From an uncultured cyanobacterium (GTDB lineage: Bacteria; Cyanobacteriota; Cyanobacteriia; Phormidesmidales; Phormidesmidaceae): a stretch of 64,000 nucleotides of DNA. The first letter of the stretch is position 1; every line of letters begins with the position of its first letter. The stretch is taken from positions 448,001-512,000 of the forward strand of contig CAWBZI010000004.1 in NCBI GenBank assembly GCA_963793265.1, given 5' to 3'. Shown here in pieces: positions 50,719 through 62,566 of the stretch. Under the pieces are notes generated by a model. That model was given only the letters and a program-made list of their open reading frames with translations. It had not been told where the DNA came from and made no database searches. Position numbers and translations under genes: made by a program.

Positions 50719-51687
50719 ATGGCCCTCCCTAACTTCCTCATTTTCGGCGTCCAAAAAGCAGGGACTACCTCTATATATGATTATTTGCGCCAGCATCCGC
50801 AGGTATATGTGAGTCCGCGTAAAGAAACCGATTTTTTGGGGTGTGAGCCTTTAGCGGAATCGGTTGCAGCAGCTTTACCTGATTCGGAACGGCTGACGCG
50901 AGGGGGTAGAAAGCGAATTTTGACTCTGAAAGACTATCAGTCTCTATTTGATGGGGCCAGCAATGAAGTTGCGATTGGGGAGGCTTCGCCGAACTATCTT
51001 TTTCTTCACGAAAAGGTAGTTCCTCAAATTCAAAAGCATGTGCCTGATGCCAAGCTGATTGCGGTTTTGCGCAATCCGGTAGACCGCGCCTACTCAGACT
51101 ATTTGATGCACGTGCGCGAGGTGATTGGCAATCAAAAGTCTTTGGCCCAGCAGGTGCAAAGCAGCCCCAAAAGCTCTCATACGCTGCTAAAAGGGCGTTA
51201 TTACGAGGGCGTTAAGCACTTTTTAGAGGCGTTTGGGCCAGATCAGGTAAAGATCTTTTTGTATGACGATTTGCAGGCAGATAGCGATCGCTTCATGCAG
51301 CAGCTCTACGACTTTATTGGCGTAGACAGCACGTTTAAGGCCAACACGAAGCAACGACAGCAGACCGCTCAAGTCCCTAAGAACCAGGGTATCAATCAGC
51401 TATTGCGCACCCGTAATCCTATTCGGTCGGCGGCGGGGGCAGTGCTGAGAGTGTTGCTGCCTGAAGCGCGGCGGCAGCAGTTGCGATCGCGCCTGATAAA
51501 AGCCAATTCTCAGGGAAAAGAAGGTCTGCCGCTCTCCCGCGAAGACAGAGAGCTACTCGAAAACTACTATCGCGAAGATATTTTACGTCTGCAGTCGCTG
51601 ATAGATCGCGATCTATCTAGCTGGTTCAAAGTGACTAAGCCTTCTGCAAATCAATCTACCGAGTCGCTAGAATCATCCCGCCGCTGA
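50719..51687 (+). CDS. Sulfotransferase
   Basis: 5'-PSB GVQKAGTTS, GEASPNY, 3'-PB LRNPVDRAYS. Confidence 0.9.
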   Translation: MALPNFLIFGVQKAGTTSIYDYLRQHPQVYVSPRKETDFLGCEPLAESVAAALPDSERLTRGGRKRILTLKDYQSLFDGASNEVAIGEASPNYLFLHEKVVPQIQKHVPDAKLIAVLRNPVDRAYSDYLMHVREVIGNQKSLAQQVQSSPKSSHTLLKGRYYEGVKHFLEAFGPDQVKIFLYDDLQADSDRFMQQLYDFIGVDSTFKANTKQRQQTAQVPKNQGINQLLRTRNPIRSAAGAVLRVLLPEARRQQLRSRLIKANSQGKEGLPLSREDRELLENYYREDILRLQSLIDRDLSSWFKVTKPSANQSTESLESSRR

Positions 51688-51956
51688 GAGTACAGCGACT
51701 TGTGATGCGGTTTTTGCCCAAAGGGCGATCGCAATTGCTACACAAAGAATTGTAGAAAACTCACTGGCGCAGGAATCATTTCACCGCGAAAATCTAGTAT
51801 TTGAACCATTACTAGGTACGCGATCGCCAGCAAAACAGACAGTGCCCCAGTAATAATGGCCACAATTTTCGAGCGATCCATACGTCATCCTCTCTATAAG
51901 TTTCAGCTAATACAGTTTTTGCTAATAGCCTCTTTAAGAATAATACGTCAATCCCT

Positions 51957-53048
51957 ATGAACGTCGTTTCCCCCGCTTCTAACAGCACGCCTAACACACC
52001 TGCTTCCGGGCCAGCTTCAGCCGCCATCATCCACAAGCCGACAATCATCTCAACCCAAGACTTGCGAAAGGTCTACCGCACGGGCTTTTGGCTCAAGGCC
52101 GCACCGCCCTCCCTAAAGCAGTGCTCCTTAGAAATATATAAAGGTGAAACGTTCGGCTTGCTTGGCCCCAACGGTGCAGGCAAAACAACTCTGCTGAAGC
52201 TGCTACTGGGCATTATTCGCCCCACCGCTGGTAAGGCGACGCTAATGGGTGAGGCCGCAGGCGATAGCGAAACCAAAGCTCGCATTGGCTATCTGCCCGA
52301 GAATCCTTACTTCTATGACTATCTAACCGGGTGGGAGTTTTTGAACTACACTGCTGGGCTGTTTGGCATTAAGGGCCATGCTAAGAAACGGCGGATTTCG
52401 GAGCTGCTGGATTTGGTGCAGCTCGATCGGCAGTCGGCAACCAAAAAGCAGATGCGGCGCTACTCAAAAGGGATGCTGCAGCGGGTCGGGATGGCTCAGG
52501 CGTTGATGAACGATCCTGAAATTGTATTTTTAGATGAGCCGATGTCAGGGTTAGATCCAACCGGGCGGTATCAGGTTCGCGAGATCATCTTGTCGCTCAA
52601 AGCGCAGGGGAAGACGCTGTTTTTTAATAGCCACGTGCTTTCGGATGTGGAGATGATTTGCGATCGCATTGCCATTCTCGATAGAGGCGAGATTATCTGC
52701 ATGGGCGAAATAGCACAGCTACTCGGTAACCCGGCCCATTATGTGGTGAAAGGGCACGGTGGCAGCCTCGATATTTTAGATCAATGGCTGCGCGACATTA
52801 CTTTTAATGACGGCTACTGGCAGGGCTTTTTGTACGAAAGTCCATTTGAGTTTATGGCGACAGCGCGGCTGATGAACGCGCATATTGCTAAGTTAGAAAT
52901 TGCTAAGCCTACGCTAGAAGAATTTTTCATGACTCAAATTCGTCAGCGTCGTGCAGATTCAGAAAGAGCGGCAGCCGAGAGGTCGTCGGCATCGCGGCCT
53001 GCAAAGAAGCGCTTGCTCGGCAATCTAGATCGCTCTGCGCAGGCATAG
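51957..53048 (+). CDS. ABC transporter ATP-binding protein
   Basis: GPNGAGKTT, YSKGM, FLDEPMSGLD, NSH. Confidence 0.92.
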   Translation: MNVVSPASNSTPNTPASGPASAAIIHKPTIISTQDLRKVYRTGFWLKAAPPSLKQCSLEIYKGETFGLLGPNGAGKTTLLKLLLGIIRPTAGKATLMGEAAGDSETKARIGYLPENPYFYDYLTGWEFLNYTAGLFGIKGHAKKRRISELLDLVQLDRQSATKKQMRRYSKGMLQRVGMAQALMNDPEIVFLDEPMSGLDPTGRYQVREIILSLKAQGKTLFFNSHVLSDVEMICDRIAILDRGEIICMGEIAQLLGNPAHYVVKGHGGSLDILDQWLRDITFNDGYWQGFLYESPFEFMATARLMNAHIAKLEIAKPTLEEFFMTQIRQRRADSERAAAERSSASRPAKKRLLGNLDRSAQA

Positions 53049-53144
53049 CCTAAACTTTTACACTGTAACTTTTGCATAGTAGTCGTGCGTATGGAGAAGG
53101 CAGCAGAGATATAATACTGGGCAACTTATCTCCCGCTCACTTGC

Positions 53145-53561
53145 ATGAACACAGTAGAAATTTTGCCTATTTTAGAGGCTGACGGCGAGAAAGCCTACAG
53201 AGCGATCGCACCCACCCACAATGCTACCGGCAAAACACCAGGACAGGCTTTAGACGCGCTGATTGCCCTGTCGGAGCAGCCTGACTTCGATCGCCTGATC
53301 GTCACGCAAAGTCAGGACGATAATACGCCCGTTGCTGTAGACGAACCTCTGTTTACAAGCGAGCAGCAAGATCGCCTGCTATTACTTATGGGCCTATGGC
53401 AAGAATCGCGGGATAAAGGGCAGGCGCTACCGGCTGAGCAAAAAGCTGAGTTGGAAGCCTTAGTCGAGGCCGAGCTGCTAGCAGAAACCGCTCGCACAGA
53501 GGCATTGCTGAAAAGGGAAGCAATAGAAAGACAGCACAGCGACATATCTTCTTCAGACTGA
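53145..53561 (+). CDS. Hypothetical protein
   Basis: 138-aa ORF; GKTPGQALDAL and a helical C-terminal half; function unknown. Confidence 0.65.
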   Translation: MNTVEILPILEADGEKAYRAIAPTHNATGKTPGQALDALIALSEQPDFDRLIVTQSQDDNTPVAVDEPLFTSEQQDRLLLLMGLWQESRDKGQALPAEQKAELEALVEAELLAETARTEALLKREAIERQHSDISSSD

Positions 53562-54215
53562 AAGATTAGGCCAAGTCATGGCCTGTCTCAGGTAGTGAAA
53601 AGACTGTTGTAATTGAGTGAAAATTGACCGATCAAATCTGCGTAGTTTCCTGCTCTTCATTCTTTTTGCCCACTGAAAACCCTTGTCAGAGGGGACTTCA
53701 TTCTATTTACACAAAAACTAATCAAACGCACACACAGTTTATTTTACACGCGCGGTATATTGAGTACCAATCAGTGAGTGCAGTTATTTTACGATTCATT
53801 TAGCTTGTTCTAGCTGTCATTTTCAAGGGCTCGTAAAGGTCTTGATGGCACTAAAACGCAATTAGCGCACCGCTGTTACTTTTGTTGGCACCTATGTATC
53901 ATGCATAGCCATATGTATTAGGTATTGCAGCGCGCTATCTACGGGTGCGTTCTTTAAATCTAAATTTCGGGTGCATAGCTCTTAAACCTAAATTCAGGTG
54001 GTTAAACCGAGCAGGGTTCGTGTGTCTAGAGGTAAGAACAATGCGGCAGTCTTGTTGCATTGTTGCCTTAGTTGTTTATTCCTGTTCAAAAATATTCAGT
54101 TAGAAGAAAAGCTTGAACAATGCTTGTAGGTTGTTCTACTTAAGCCTGCAATTTTTCTTGAATTGCTAGGACAACGCCTTCATTAGTACCCGTTCTAAAA
54201 AGTCTTATTTAACTC

Positions 54216-57200
54216 ATGTATTCCCAACAAACTGAGCCTGCTTTGCCCCTTAAGCTAGACTCACTGCCTGTTGCAGAAAATTCTTTATTGCCTGCTGAAT
54301 TTACTGGCGACCAGCCTCAGAATATTGCTTTTGTAGACGCAGGATTATCGCAAATAGATACCCTGATCCAGGGACTTGAAAACACTCAGGTTGTGCTGAT
54401 TGATTCGCAACAAAACGGTGTCGATCAAATTACCGCTGCGATCGCTCAGTACACCAATCTCAGCAGCGTTCATATCTTTTCACATGGGCGTGAGGGATCT
54501 GTTCAGCTCGGTGATGCTGCATTGAGTAACTCAACGGTGGGTAGATATCGCGATCACCTCCAAAGCTGGAAAACGTCACTCTCTTCAGAGGCCGACCTGC
54601 TTTTCTACGGCTGCAATCTAGCGGCAGGTAGCGAGGGCCTAGCTTTTATCAATCAAGTTAGTCAGCTCACGGGTGCTGATGTTGCCGCTTCTAACGATCT
54701 TACTGGCATTGGTGGAGACTGGCAGCTAGAGGTGACAGTAGGTGAGATTGAAAGCGATGTAGCGCTCAGCAGCGCGGCTCAAGCTGCCTATACAAGTACA
54801 TTAGAAGACATCTTAAGTAACGGCGACTTTGAGTTAGGACTTGCTGATTGGAGCGGCTATACGGGCACCGAATCTATTTCAACAACTGAGTTTGTCTCTG
54901 GTGGCCGTTCGCTTCAGCACTCAGCGGCGGGCAGCGGTGTGGCTCAGATTTTGGATGCGACTGTGGGTGAAACCTATACTCTGACGGGTAGCGCGAAGTC
55001 TTCTTCGGGGGGCTACACCGGCATCGGCATTAACTTTTTTGATGCAGATTTTAACGTTGTTGGCGGCCAGAGTCAGCGGATTACGAGCGGGCGTTGGCGA
55101 GAGTATCAGATAGAGGCGATCGCACCTACAGATACCCTATACGCGCAGATATGGACTTACAAAGACGACGATGTTGGCAGCTTCTTTGTCGATAACCTCT
55201 CAGTAGAAACGGGCACCGACGTACCGCCCATACAGCCGCCCGGTGCGGGTGAGGAGCTATTAGACAACTCTGGATTTGAAACAGATTTGGCAAACTGGGC
55301 TAGCTTTACCGGCTCAGAAGCCATTTCGACAGCAGAATCTTTTAACGGTGACGGCTCGCTACAGCTTACAGCAGCAGGTAGCGGCGTCAGTCAGTTTGTA
55401 GAGGCGATCGCCCTGCAAGAATACCAGGCCACCACCTACGCCAAAACCTCAAGCACCGAATACGTCGGCTTTGGGATTAACTTCTTCGATGCTGACTACA
55501 CGCTCCTCACCGGCAGCACCAGCGAAACCATCACATCCGCCGACTGGCAGCAGTACCAAAGCCTATCAACCGCCCCAGCAGGCACTCGCTACGCCCAGGT
55601 TTGGACGTTCAAAGCAGACGCCGCCGGAGATGCCTTTTTCGACGATGTGTCTCTATCGCTTAAGGGCACTGACCCTCCGGTCGTAGAGCCCGGCTTTATT
55701 AGCCTGCAAACGAGCAATCTGGACGTGGATGAAGATGCGGGTAGCGTGACGATCACAGTGCAGCGAACGGGCGGCAGCGATGGCGAGGTGACGGTTGAGT
55801 ATCGGACGGTTGAGGGCTCTGGGCGGGCGGCTACCGCAGGTGAGGACTATAGCGATCGCACAGGCACACTCACCTTTGCCGATGGCGAAACCGAACAGTC
55901 GGTTGTGATTTCTATTCTCAACGATAGCTTGGCTGAAGGCACCGAAACATTTGGCTTTACGATTGACAATGTGCTGGGTGGGGCGACTTTGCTGGCCCCT
56001 CGGACGGCTCAAGTTGCAATTTCTGACGATGACACGCTCACTTACCGTGGCAATCAATACGTGCTCACCAGCAGTTCTAAAACCTGGGAGCAGGCGCAAG
56101 CTGAGGCTGAAAGCTTAGGCGGCAACCTCGTCACTATTAATGCGGCGGCAGAAGAAGCCTGGCTGAAGCAGAACTTTGGTGAAAGCGAAGGCTATTGGAT
56201 TGGCATCAACGATGCAGGTACAGAAGGCGTGTTTGAATGGGCCAGCGGCGAGACGGTCGGCTACACAAACTGGGCACCGGGCGAACCTAACAACTTCGGC
56301 GGCGATCAGGACTACGGCTGGATGAATTTCAATGCTTCTAAGCAGTGGGACGACAACTCTGATAGCGCTACTTTTCGCGGCATTATTGAGATTGGCGATG
56401 ACAACACGCCCGATGGTTCTCAGGGTAATGGACTTAGGGCCGAGTACTACAACAATCGAGACTTCACGAGCCTTGCTCTTACGCGCACAGATGCCACTGT
56501 AGACTTCAACTGGGGGACGGGCTCTCCTGATCCAACGATTGGTTCTGACAACTTCTCGGTGCGATGGAGCGGCAGCATTGAGGCACTTTATTCAGAAACC
56601 TACACCTTTGAAACCACCTCAGACGATGGCATTCAGCTATGGATTAACAATCAGCTCATCATCGACCAGTTTATCGATCAAGCACCCACTGTTCACCGTG
56701 GCACTATCACGCTAGAAGCCGGACAGCAGTACGACATTCGGATGGATTATTACGAGAATGGCGGCGGTGCGGTTGCTAAGCTCTCTTGGTCAAGCGATAG
56801 CCAAAGCCTAGAAGTCGTACCCACCTCACAGCTTTACTCCGAGCCGGTGATTGATAATAGGCCCGCTGCTGAAACGGTTGTCTCGAATCTAAATTCTCCA
56901 ACCGCTATTGACTGGCGACCTAATAGTTCGCAGATGTTTATTGCTGAAAAAGGCGGCAAAATTGAAATTTACGAAGATGGCGTTTTGTTGCCTACGCCGT
57001 TTATTGATATCTCGGATCAGGTGAATGGGACGCGCGATCGCGGCTTGCTCGACATTGCCCTCCATCCTGACTTTGAGAATAACCCATACGTCTATCTCCT
57101 ATTCACCTACGATCCGCCAGAAGTATTTGATAACACAGGCGAAGCAGGCCCAGACGGTAAGAACAATCGAGCTTCTCGACTCATTCGCGTGACCGCCGAT

Positions 57201-58118
57201 GTGACTAACGGCTACCGCAGGGCGATCGCAGATAGCGAAGTTGTTTTACTCGGCACCAACAGCACTTGGGACAACTTCAACGGATTTGCCAACAGCACCT
57301 TTGACTTTGACGAACCCGAGGCAGGCGTATTGCCCGATGGCAGCTACCTGCAAGACTTTCTAAACTCTGATAGTGAATCCCATACCATTGGCTCTGTGGA
57401 ATTTGGCCCCGATGGCGCTCTCTACGTTAGCAACGGCGACGGGGCTTCCTACAACCGCGTAGATCCTAGAGCTGCCCGAGTCCAAGACATTGATTCTCTC
57501 TCTGGCAAAATCCTCAGAATCGATCCAATCACAGGCGCGGGACTTTCAGATAATCCCTTCTACAATGGCGATGTCAGCGCTAACCGCTCCAAAGTTTATC
57601 AGCTCGGCCTCCGCAACCCCTTCCGCATGACCATAGATCCCGATGGCGGTCAGGTTTATATCGGAGATGTCGGCTGGACACAGTGGGAAGAAATCAACGC
57701 GGCAGATGCAGGCGCGAACTTTGGCTGGCCCTACTACGAAGGCGGCAGCGGTGAGAGCATTCAAACGGGCGGCTACCAGTCACTTTCTGAAGCCCAGGCT
57801 TTCTACAACAGCAACCCTTCAGTCACCCCTTCTCTACTAGGTCTAAACCATCGCACTGATGGGATTAACGCGATTGTAATGGGTGATTTGTACACTGGCA
57901 ATGTCTACTCGGAAGAATACCGAGGAGACTTGTTTTTCAATGACTTAGGCCAGGGCCTCGTCAGAAATGTGAGCTTTGACAATGATGGCAACATTGAGGA
58001 TGTAGAAACCTTTGTGACGGGTGCTGCTTCTGTCGTGCAGATGGCACAGGGGCCAGACGAGCTGATGTATTATGTCAACTTAGTCAATGGAACGGTTGGA
58101 CGCTGGGTGTTCTCGTGA
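54216..58118 (+). CDS. Large multidomain protein: DUF4347, two CBM4/9-like domains, Calx-beta, C-type lectin, PA14, glucose/sorbosone dehydrogenase-type propeller
   Basis: HIFSHG/LFYGC/GADVAAS; two NxxFE..W repeats; [77 protein letters not shown]. Confidence 0.85.
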   Translation: MYSQQTEPALPLKLDSLPVAENSLLPAEFTGDQPQNIAFVDAGLSQIDTLIQGLENTQVVLIDSQQNGVDQITAAIAQYTNLSSVHIFSHGREGSVQLGDAALSNSTVGRYRDHLQSWKTSLSSEADLLFYGCNLAAGSEGLAFINQVSQLTGADVAASNDLTGIGGDWQLEVTVGEIESDVALSSAAQAAYTSTLEDILSNGDFELGLADWSGYTGTESISTTEFVSGGRSLQHSAAGSGVAQILDATVGETYTLTGSAKSSSGGYTGIGINFFDADFNVVGGQSQRITSGRWREYQIEAIAPTDTLYAQIWTYKDDDVGSFFVDNLSVETGTDVPPIQPPGAGEELLDNSGFETDLANWASFTGSEAISTAESFNGDGSLQLTAAGSGVSQFVEAIALQEYQATTYAKTSSTEYVGFGINFFDADYTLLTGSTSETITSADWQQYQSLSTAPAGTRYAQVWTFKADAAGDAFFDDVSLSLKGTDPPVVEPGFISLQTSNLDVDEDAGSVTITVQRTGGSDGEVTVEYRTVEGSGRAATAGEDYSDRTGTLTFADGETEQSVVISILNDSLAEGTETFGFTIDNVLGGATLLAPRTAQVAISDDDTLTYRGNQYVLTSSSKTWEQAQAEAESLGGNLVTINAAAEEAWLKQNFGESEGYWIGINDAGTEGVFEWASGETVGYTNWAPGEPNNFGGDQDYGWMNFNASKQWDDNSDSATFRGIIEIGDDNTPDGSQGNGLRAEYYNNRDFTSLALTRTDATVDFNWGTGSPDPTIGSDNFSVRWSGSIEALYSETYTFETTSDDGIQLWINNQLIIDQFIDQAPTVHRGTITLEAGQQYDIRMDYYENGGGAVAKLSWSSDSQSLEVVPTSQLYSEPVIDNRPAAETVVSNLNSPTAIDWRPNSSQMFIAEKGGKIEIYEDGVLLPTPFIDISDQVNGTRDRGLLDIALHPDFENNPYVYLLFTYDPPEVFDNTGEAGPDGKNNRASRLIRVTADVTNGYRRAIADSEVVLLGTNSTWDNFNGFANSTFDFDEPEAGVLPDGSYLQDFLNSDSESHTIGSVEFGPDGALYVSNGDGASYNRVDPRAARVQDIDSLSGKILRIDPITGAGLSDNPFYNGDVSANRSKVYQLGLRNPFRMTIDPDGGQVYIGDVGWTQWEEINAADAGANFGWPYYEGGSGESIQTGGYQSLSEAQAFYNSNPSVTPSLLGLNHRTDGINAIVMGDLYTGNVYSEEYRGDLFFNDLGQGLVRNVSFDNDGNIEDVETFVTGAASVVQMAQGPDELMYYVNLVNGTVGRWVFS

Positions 58119-58132
58119 GTGTGCAAGAGAGT

Positions 58133-58561
58133 ATGAAGCTCAAGGTGTTGAAGCTAGACGAGGCGGCTCAACTGCCCAGGTATGAGCATGAAAACGATTC
58201 GGGGATGGATTTGTTTGCGATCGCCCCTCAAACCATCCCACCTGGCGAAACCGCTCTTATCAGCACCGGCATTGCCATAGAGCTTCCACCCGACACCGAA
58301 GCCCAGGTCAGACCCCGCAGCGGCTTAGCGCTAAAGCATTCCATTTCAATTCCTAATACGCCTGGCACCGTTGATGCTGGCTACAGAGGCGAAATCCGCG
58401 TGATTTTAATCAATCACGGCAAGCACCCCTTTGAAGTTTTGGCAGGAATGCGAATCGCGCAAATGGTTATTACGCCAGTGATTCGAGCTGAACTGGAAGA
58501 GGTGAATAGCCTATCGGATTCTGCCAGAGGTGAGGGAGGCTTCGGCTCGACTGGTGTGTAG
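58133..58561 (+). CDS. dut: dUTP diphosphatase
   Basis: [40 protein letters not shown] at 58133 (alternative GTG at 58115). Confidence 0.95.
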   Translation: MKLKVLKLDEAAQLPRYEHENDSGMDLFAIAPQTIPPGETALISTGIAIELPPDTEAQVRPRSGLALKHSISIPNTPGTVDAGYRGEIRVILINHGKHPFEVLAGMRIAQMVITPVIRAELEEVNSLSDSARGEGGFGSTGV

Positions 58562-58586
58562 CGTTTGGTATGTAGTACTCTAGCTC

Positions 58587-59063
58587 TTACTTTAGAAAGC
58601 AGCGACGGTGTAGTGCTTTCACCTGCTTGGCTAGATCTGGAACTGGGCCTTCTACAGTGACGTTCGGTGCGACTTTCTGGATGGGTAGCGATCGCACAGG
58701 AGAAGCAGGCACCCCAAACTCTGCAAGCCAGTCGGCCAGTTGCGCCGCAGAACTCGCGTATACAATGCGGCCTAAGCCAACCCAGCCATGCGCAGCCGCG
58801 CACATGGGGCAGTGTTCTCCCGAGGTAAAAACGGTTGCTGCTGCGCGTTCTTCAGGCGTCATGTTTTCAGCAGCCCAGCGCGCCAGTGCAAACTCAGGAT
58901 GACGAGTGCGATCGCCTGAAGCAATCCGATTGCGATCTTCAGCTAAAACAGTGCCATCGGCAGCAACTAGCACAGATCCAAACGCTTCATCGCCTGCCTC
59001 TAGGGCCTCAGCAGCCAATTCTACGCAGCGGCGCAGGTGATGCAATTCAGCCTCAGTTACCAT
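58587..59063 (-). CDS. Nucleoside/nucleobase deaminase (CDA superfamily)
   Basis: FGSVLV, HPE and EHCPMC zinc-binding motifs. Confidence 0.88.
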   Translation of the reverse strand: MVTEAELHHLRRCVELAAEALEAGDEAFGSVLVAADGTVLAEDRNRIASGDRTRHPEFALARWAAENMTPEERAAATVFTSGEHCPMCAAAHGWVGLGRIVYASSAAQLADWLAEFGVPASPVRSLPIQKVAPNVTVEGPVPDLAKQVKALHRRCFLK

Positions 59064-59079
59064 AGCAGCTTCCTAAAAT

Positions 59080-60648
59080 TTAAGCTTTACAGGTGAGCGA
59101 TGCGTTTAACTTAGCATCTGGCCTGTATTTGTACAGAGCCCACACGTCGGGTCTTGAGCTTTGATCTAGCGGTGCTAACCAATCTGGGCTATTCGCTGGA
59201 TTAGCCAATGCCTCAAACTGGCGGCGGAAAACTTTTTCTTGTGTGCCGTAATACAAAAGTAGGTCTGCTGAGTTGGGCTGAGCTTCCATCGCGCACTGCA
59301 GTTCTGTCAGCGTTTCTACATCAGGGAAAGAGAGCGACGCGCTGCGCGTATAAAAAGGAAGATGTGGCTTTCTGGTGATAATATTCGAGTCGCTAATGCC
59401 TAGCTGCTGTACGCTTTGTACGACTTCTTCTAGTTCTCCAGAGCTAGAACTGACCTCTTGCCAAGCTGCTTGATATGACAGTATCAAAGCTAAAAATGCG
59501 CAAGATAGACAAATGCCCATAGATACTCTTTTGGCGCGCTGCCTCCGAGCTAAATAAATGATGTATCCAAACGCTTTGCTTACCAAAACGCCCAATATAG
59601 GTAGGAAAAACAGAAAATATCTTTCTTCGTAGGCCTTGAAGTTTATCAAGAGAACCTGGAGTATTGTTAGGACAATATAGAAAGCGCAAAGTCTTCTATT
59701 GTCGATTCTGCCTTTGATGATGTCTCTGAAGAATGAAAATATTCCAATAAGAACGAACAGACCCAAAGGGTTCTGAAGCATTCCGGCTGTCTTTTTGACA
59801 AGTCGGAGGAGGTCTTTCACATATATTTTCGCTAGATGAGCGGGGTCGTATAGTAAAACACTCGTCAAACTATCAAATTGCGCTTCGACTTTGACTCGGG
59901 CATCTCCAGATATTCTGTCAGCAGTTGGCGAAAAATATGTCATCGCCAGGTTTGCATAGGTACCTTCTGGTGTGAACTGAGAGCCGCTGAGATAGGCGTA
60001 GCACACCCACCCGAGCAGTGGCACAAAGAGCCCAAGCAGGAAACAAAGAAGCTGACTGCATTTTTGCTTGAGGCTAGAACTTGACCACCACGGGAGCAGT
60101 GCAATAAATAAGCAAACAATTCCGTTGGTTCTGGTGAGTAGAAGGCCACCGACCAATAAGCCACACAGTATCCACAAGGACGCACGTTTCCTTCTAATCG
60201 CTAATAGTGATAGCCATAAGGCCGCGCTATATAAAGCGAGGAAGAAAATATCAGACGTTGCATAGGCCGAGTATGCTACAAAATTGCTGGATGCGAATAG
60301 GCCTAATACCGCACCCCAGCCAGCATATGCGTCTAAAAGCTGATAAAAGAACAGAAAGTTTGTGACTAAGGCGATCGCACTGGCCGCAAGTGAAACCAAC
60401 AAACCCGTCCTGAGCCAGTCTTGAGTGATTCCTTGAATTAAAGCTAAAAATATTGAATAGAGAGGCGGATGGAATTCAAGCATTAGAGGTTCTCCTCTAA
60501 TAATTCTTTGTGCTTCGGGTAAGAAACCACCTAAATAGTCAGTTTCAGTTCCAAAGCCAAAGTAGCTTCTACTTAACGAAAGCATTGCAATTGATAGAAA
60601 ACATAGCGCTGCTATGCTCGTAAGAAACAGCCTTCCTTTACGATTCAT
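59080..60648 (-). CDS. GT-C fold (ArnT/PMT-like) membrane glycosyltransferase
   Basis: Many TM helices; HPPLYS, TSD, LLTRTNG, ERYFL motifs. Confidence 0.75.
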   Translation of the reverse strand: MNRKGRLFLTSIAALCFLSIAMLSLSRSYFGFGTETDYLGGFLPEAQRIIRGEPLMLEFHPPLYSIFLALIQGITQDWLRTGLLVSLAASAIALVTNFLFFYQLLDAYAGWGAVLGLFASSNFVAYSAYATSDIFFLALYSAALWLSLLAIRRKRASLWILCGLLVGGLLLTRTNGIVCLFIALLPWWSSSSLKQKCSQLLCFLLGLFVPLLGWVCYAYLSGSQFTPEGTYANLAMTYFSPTADRISGDARVKVEAQFDSLTSVLLYDPAHLAKIYVKDLLRLVKKTAGMLQNPLGLFVLIGIFSFFRDIIKGRIDNRRLCAFYIVLTILQVLLINFKAYEERYFLFFLPILGVLVSKAFGYIIYLARRQRAKRVSMGICLSCAFLALILSYQAAWQEVSSSSGELEEVVQSVQQLGISDSNIITRKPHLPFYTRSASLSFPDVETLTELQCAMEAQPNSADLLLYYGTQEKVFRRQFEALANPANSPDWLAPLDQSSRPDVWALYKYRPDAKLNASLTCKA

Positions 60649-60798
60649 ATCATCTTCCAGGTAGAGCTATAGAGTTCTTTAGTAAGGACTCTAGAAAGCT
60701 AGGACTTTCTCAGTTCTACCTCTTTCACCGCAATCCGCCTCTAATCAGAGGAAAATAGTCAAATATTCATGGATAGCAAAGCCTACAGGTCGCATAAG

Positions 60799-61497
60799 CT
60801 ACATACTACGAACGGTAGCTTCCCCATCTTTGACTTCACCAATGAGCACTTCGCTCGTAAGCCCGACAAAAAGACCATTCTCTAGAACGCCAGGAATGTT
60901 GTTAATAGTCTTTTCCATCTCAGCAGGTTTATCAATGCCATTAAAAGTTACGTCAAGCACCATGTTGCCCTGATCGGTAATCACCGGGCCATCTTTTGCC
61001 ACACCCATCCGCATCTCTACTTTGCCATCGAGTTTTTCTAGCGCGCGCGTCACTGGCGCAACTGCCATGGGCAGCACTTCTACCGGCAGCGCAAAAATGG
61101 TGCCAATCTTATCGCTGAGCTTAGAGCTATCAACAACGACAACAAACCTTTCAGCCAAGCCGTCTACTACTTTTTCACGGGTGTGCGCTGCGCCGCCGCC
61201 TTTAATTAAGTTCATTTGCGGATCGACTTCATCTGCACCGTCAATTGCAATGTCAATATGATCGACTTCATCTAAGGTTGTAAGGGGAATGCCATGCTGC
61301 TTAGCAAGCACTGACGCTTGAAAGGATGTCGGGATGCCAACAATATCTTTGATTTCTCCCGAAGCGATGCGTTCGCCAATAAATTGAATGGCATAGGCCG
61401 TAGTAGAGCCCGTTCCTAAGCCCACAATGTTACCGGATTTAACCTGTGCGGCGGCGGCGCGGCCTACTTCTTGCTTCATCAGCTTAACGGGATCCAT
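60799..61497 (-). CDS. rpiA: Ribose-5-phosphate isomerase A
   Basis: [31 protein letters not shown]. Confidence 0.97.
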   Translation of the reverse strand: MDPVKLMKQEVGRAAAAQVKSGNIVGLGTGSTTAYAIQFIGERIASGEIKDIVGIPTSFQASVLAKQHGIPLTTLDEVDHIDIAIDGADEVDPQMNLIKGGGAAHTREKVVDGLAERFVVVVDSSKLSDKIGTIFALPVEVLPMAVAPVTRALEKLDGKVEMRMGVAKDGPVITDQGNMVLDVTFNGIDKPAEMEKTINNIPGVLENGLFVGLTSEVLIGEVKDGEATVRSM

Positions 61498-61600
61498 AGA
61501 GGGTAGCTCCTAAAACTATTGCTAGCTAATAGCATGATGGAAAGCGGGTAGCGCGTAAAGCGAGTCGATGGTGAGCGCAGGTGGTCGTTAAAATGGATAA

Positions 61601-62566
61601 ATGGCTAATACACTACTCTCTTTAACCACCATCTCCTCAGCCAAACAGCCCGGCGAACATCTGGGCGAACAGCGCTATTGGTACTGGCGTGGCTGGCGAA
61701 TTCGTTACACGCATCTTACTCAACCGTCAGGCAATTCAACTGCCGCTCCGCTACTGCTGCTACACGGTGCGGGCTCTAGCCTGGAGCAGTGGCGAGAGAA
61801 TCTGAGGGCATTTGCTCAAGAACGCCCGGTGTATGCGCTTGATTTAGTGGGATTTGGTGGGTCGCAAAAGGTCGCCGCTGAGCTGAATACCGATCTGTGG
61901 GTGGCGCAGGTCACGGCGTTTTGGCAGACCTGTTTAAAAAGATCGATGATTTTGATGGGGCATTCGCTCGGGGCTTCGGTGGCGTTGCAGGTGGCCGCGA
62001 CCTATCCCGAACAGGTGGAAAGGCTGGTGATGCTGACGCTGCCTGCAGCGAGAGAAGAACTGGGCGGCTCGGCGGCTAAGGTGGGCGCGGTGGTAGAAGG
62101 CTGGTTTGCTTCGCCGCTTTTACTGCGTCCGCTGTTTAAGCTGGTAAGCCAGCCCGGACTGATTCGCTCGGTGCTGCGAAAATTGCATCTCAACCCAGGC
62201 CGGGTCGATCGGGCTTTGGTCGATGGATTCGTCAGGCCGACGCAGGAGCGAGGGGCGGCGCGGACGTTTTGCTATTTGGTGAAGTCGCGGACGGCACCGG
62301 GATTTAGCCCGATGACGCGGAACCTAATTCCGCTGGTGCAGGTGCCTACGCTATTGCTTTGGGGGAAGTGCGATCGCGTCATCCCCATCTCCTGGGGCCA
62401 ATACGTCAACACCCTCAGCGCCCAGCTCACCTTTGTTGAAGTTGAAGAAGCAGGGCACTTTTTTTATGACGAAACCCCAGACCAGCTGCACGATCTGATA
62501 GATAGATGGCTGTTGGGACAGTTACCTGAGACGAATGAGAATCTTGTGTTGGACGCACCTACTTAG
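61601..62566 (+). CDS. Alpha/beta fold hydrolase
   Basis: LLHG, DLVGFGGS, GHSLG, D and AGH catalytic residues. Confidence 0.9.
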   Translation: MANTLLSLTTISSAKQPGEHLGEQRYWYWRGWRIRYTHLTQPSGNSTAAPLLLLHGAGSSLEQWRENLRAFAQERPVYALDLVGFGGSQKVAAELNTDLWVAQVTAFWQTCLKRSMILMGHSLGASVALQVAATYPEQVERLVMLTLPAAREELGGSAAKVGAVVEGWFASPLLLRPLFKLVSQPGLIRSVLRKLHLNPGRVDRALVDGFVRPTQERGAARTFCYLVKSRTAPGFSPMTRNLIPLVQVPTLLLWGKCDRVIPISWGQYVNTLSAQLTFVEVEEAGHFFYDETPDQLHDLIDRWLLGQLPETNENLVLDAPT

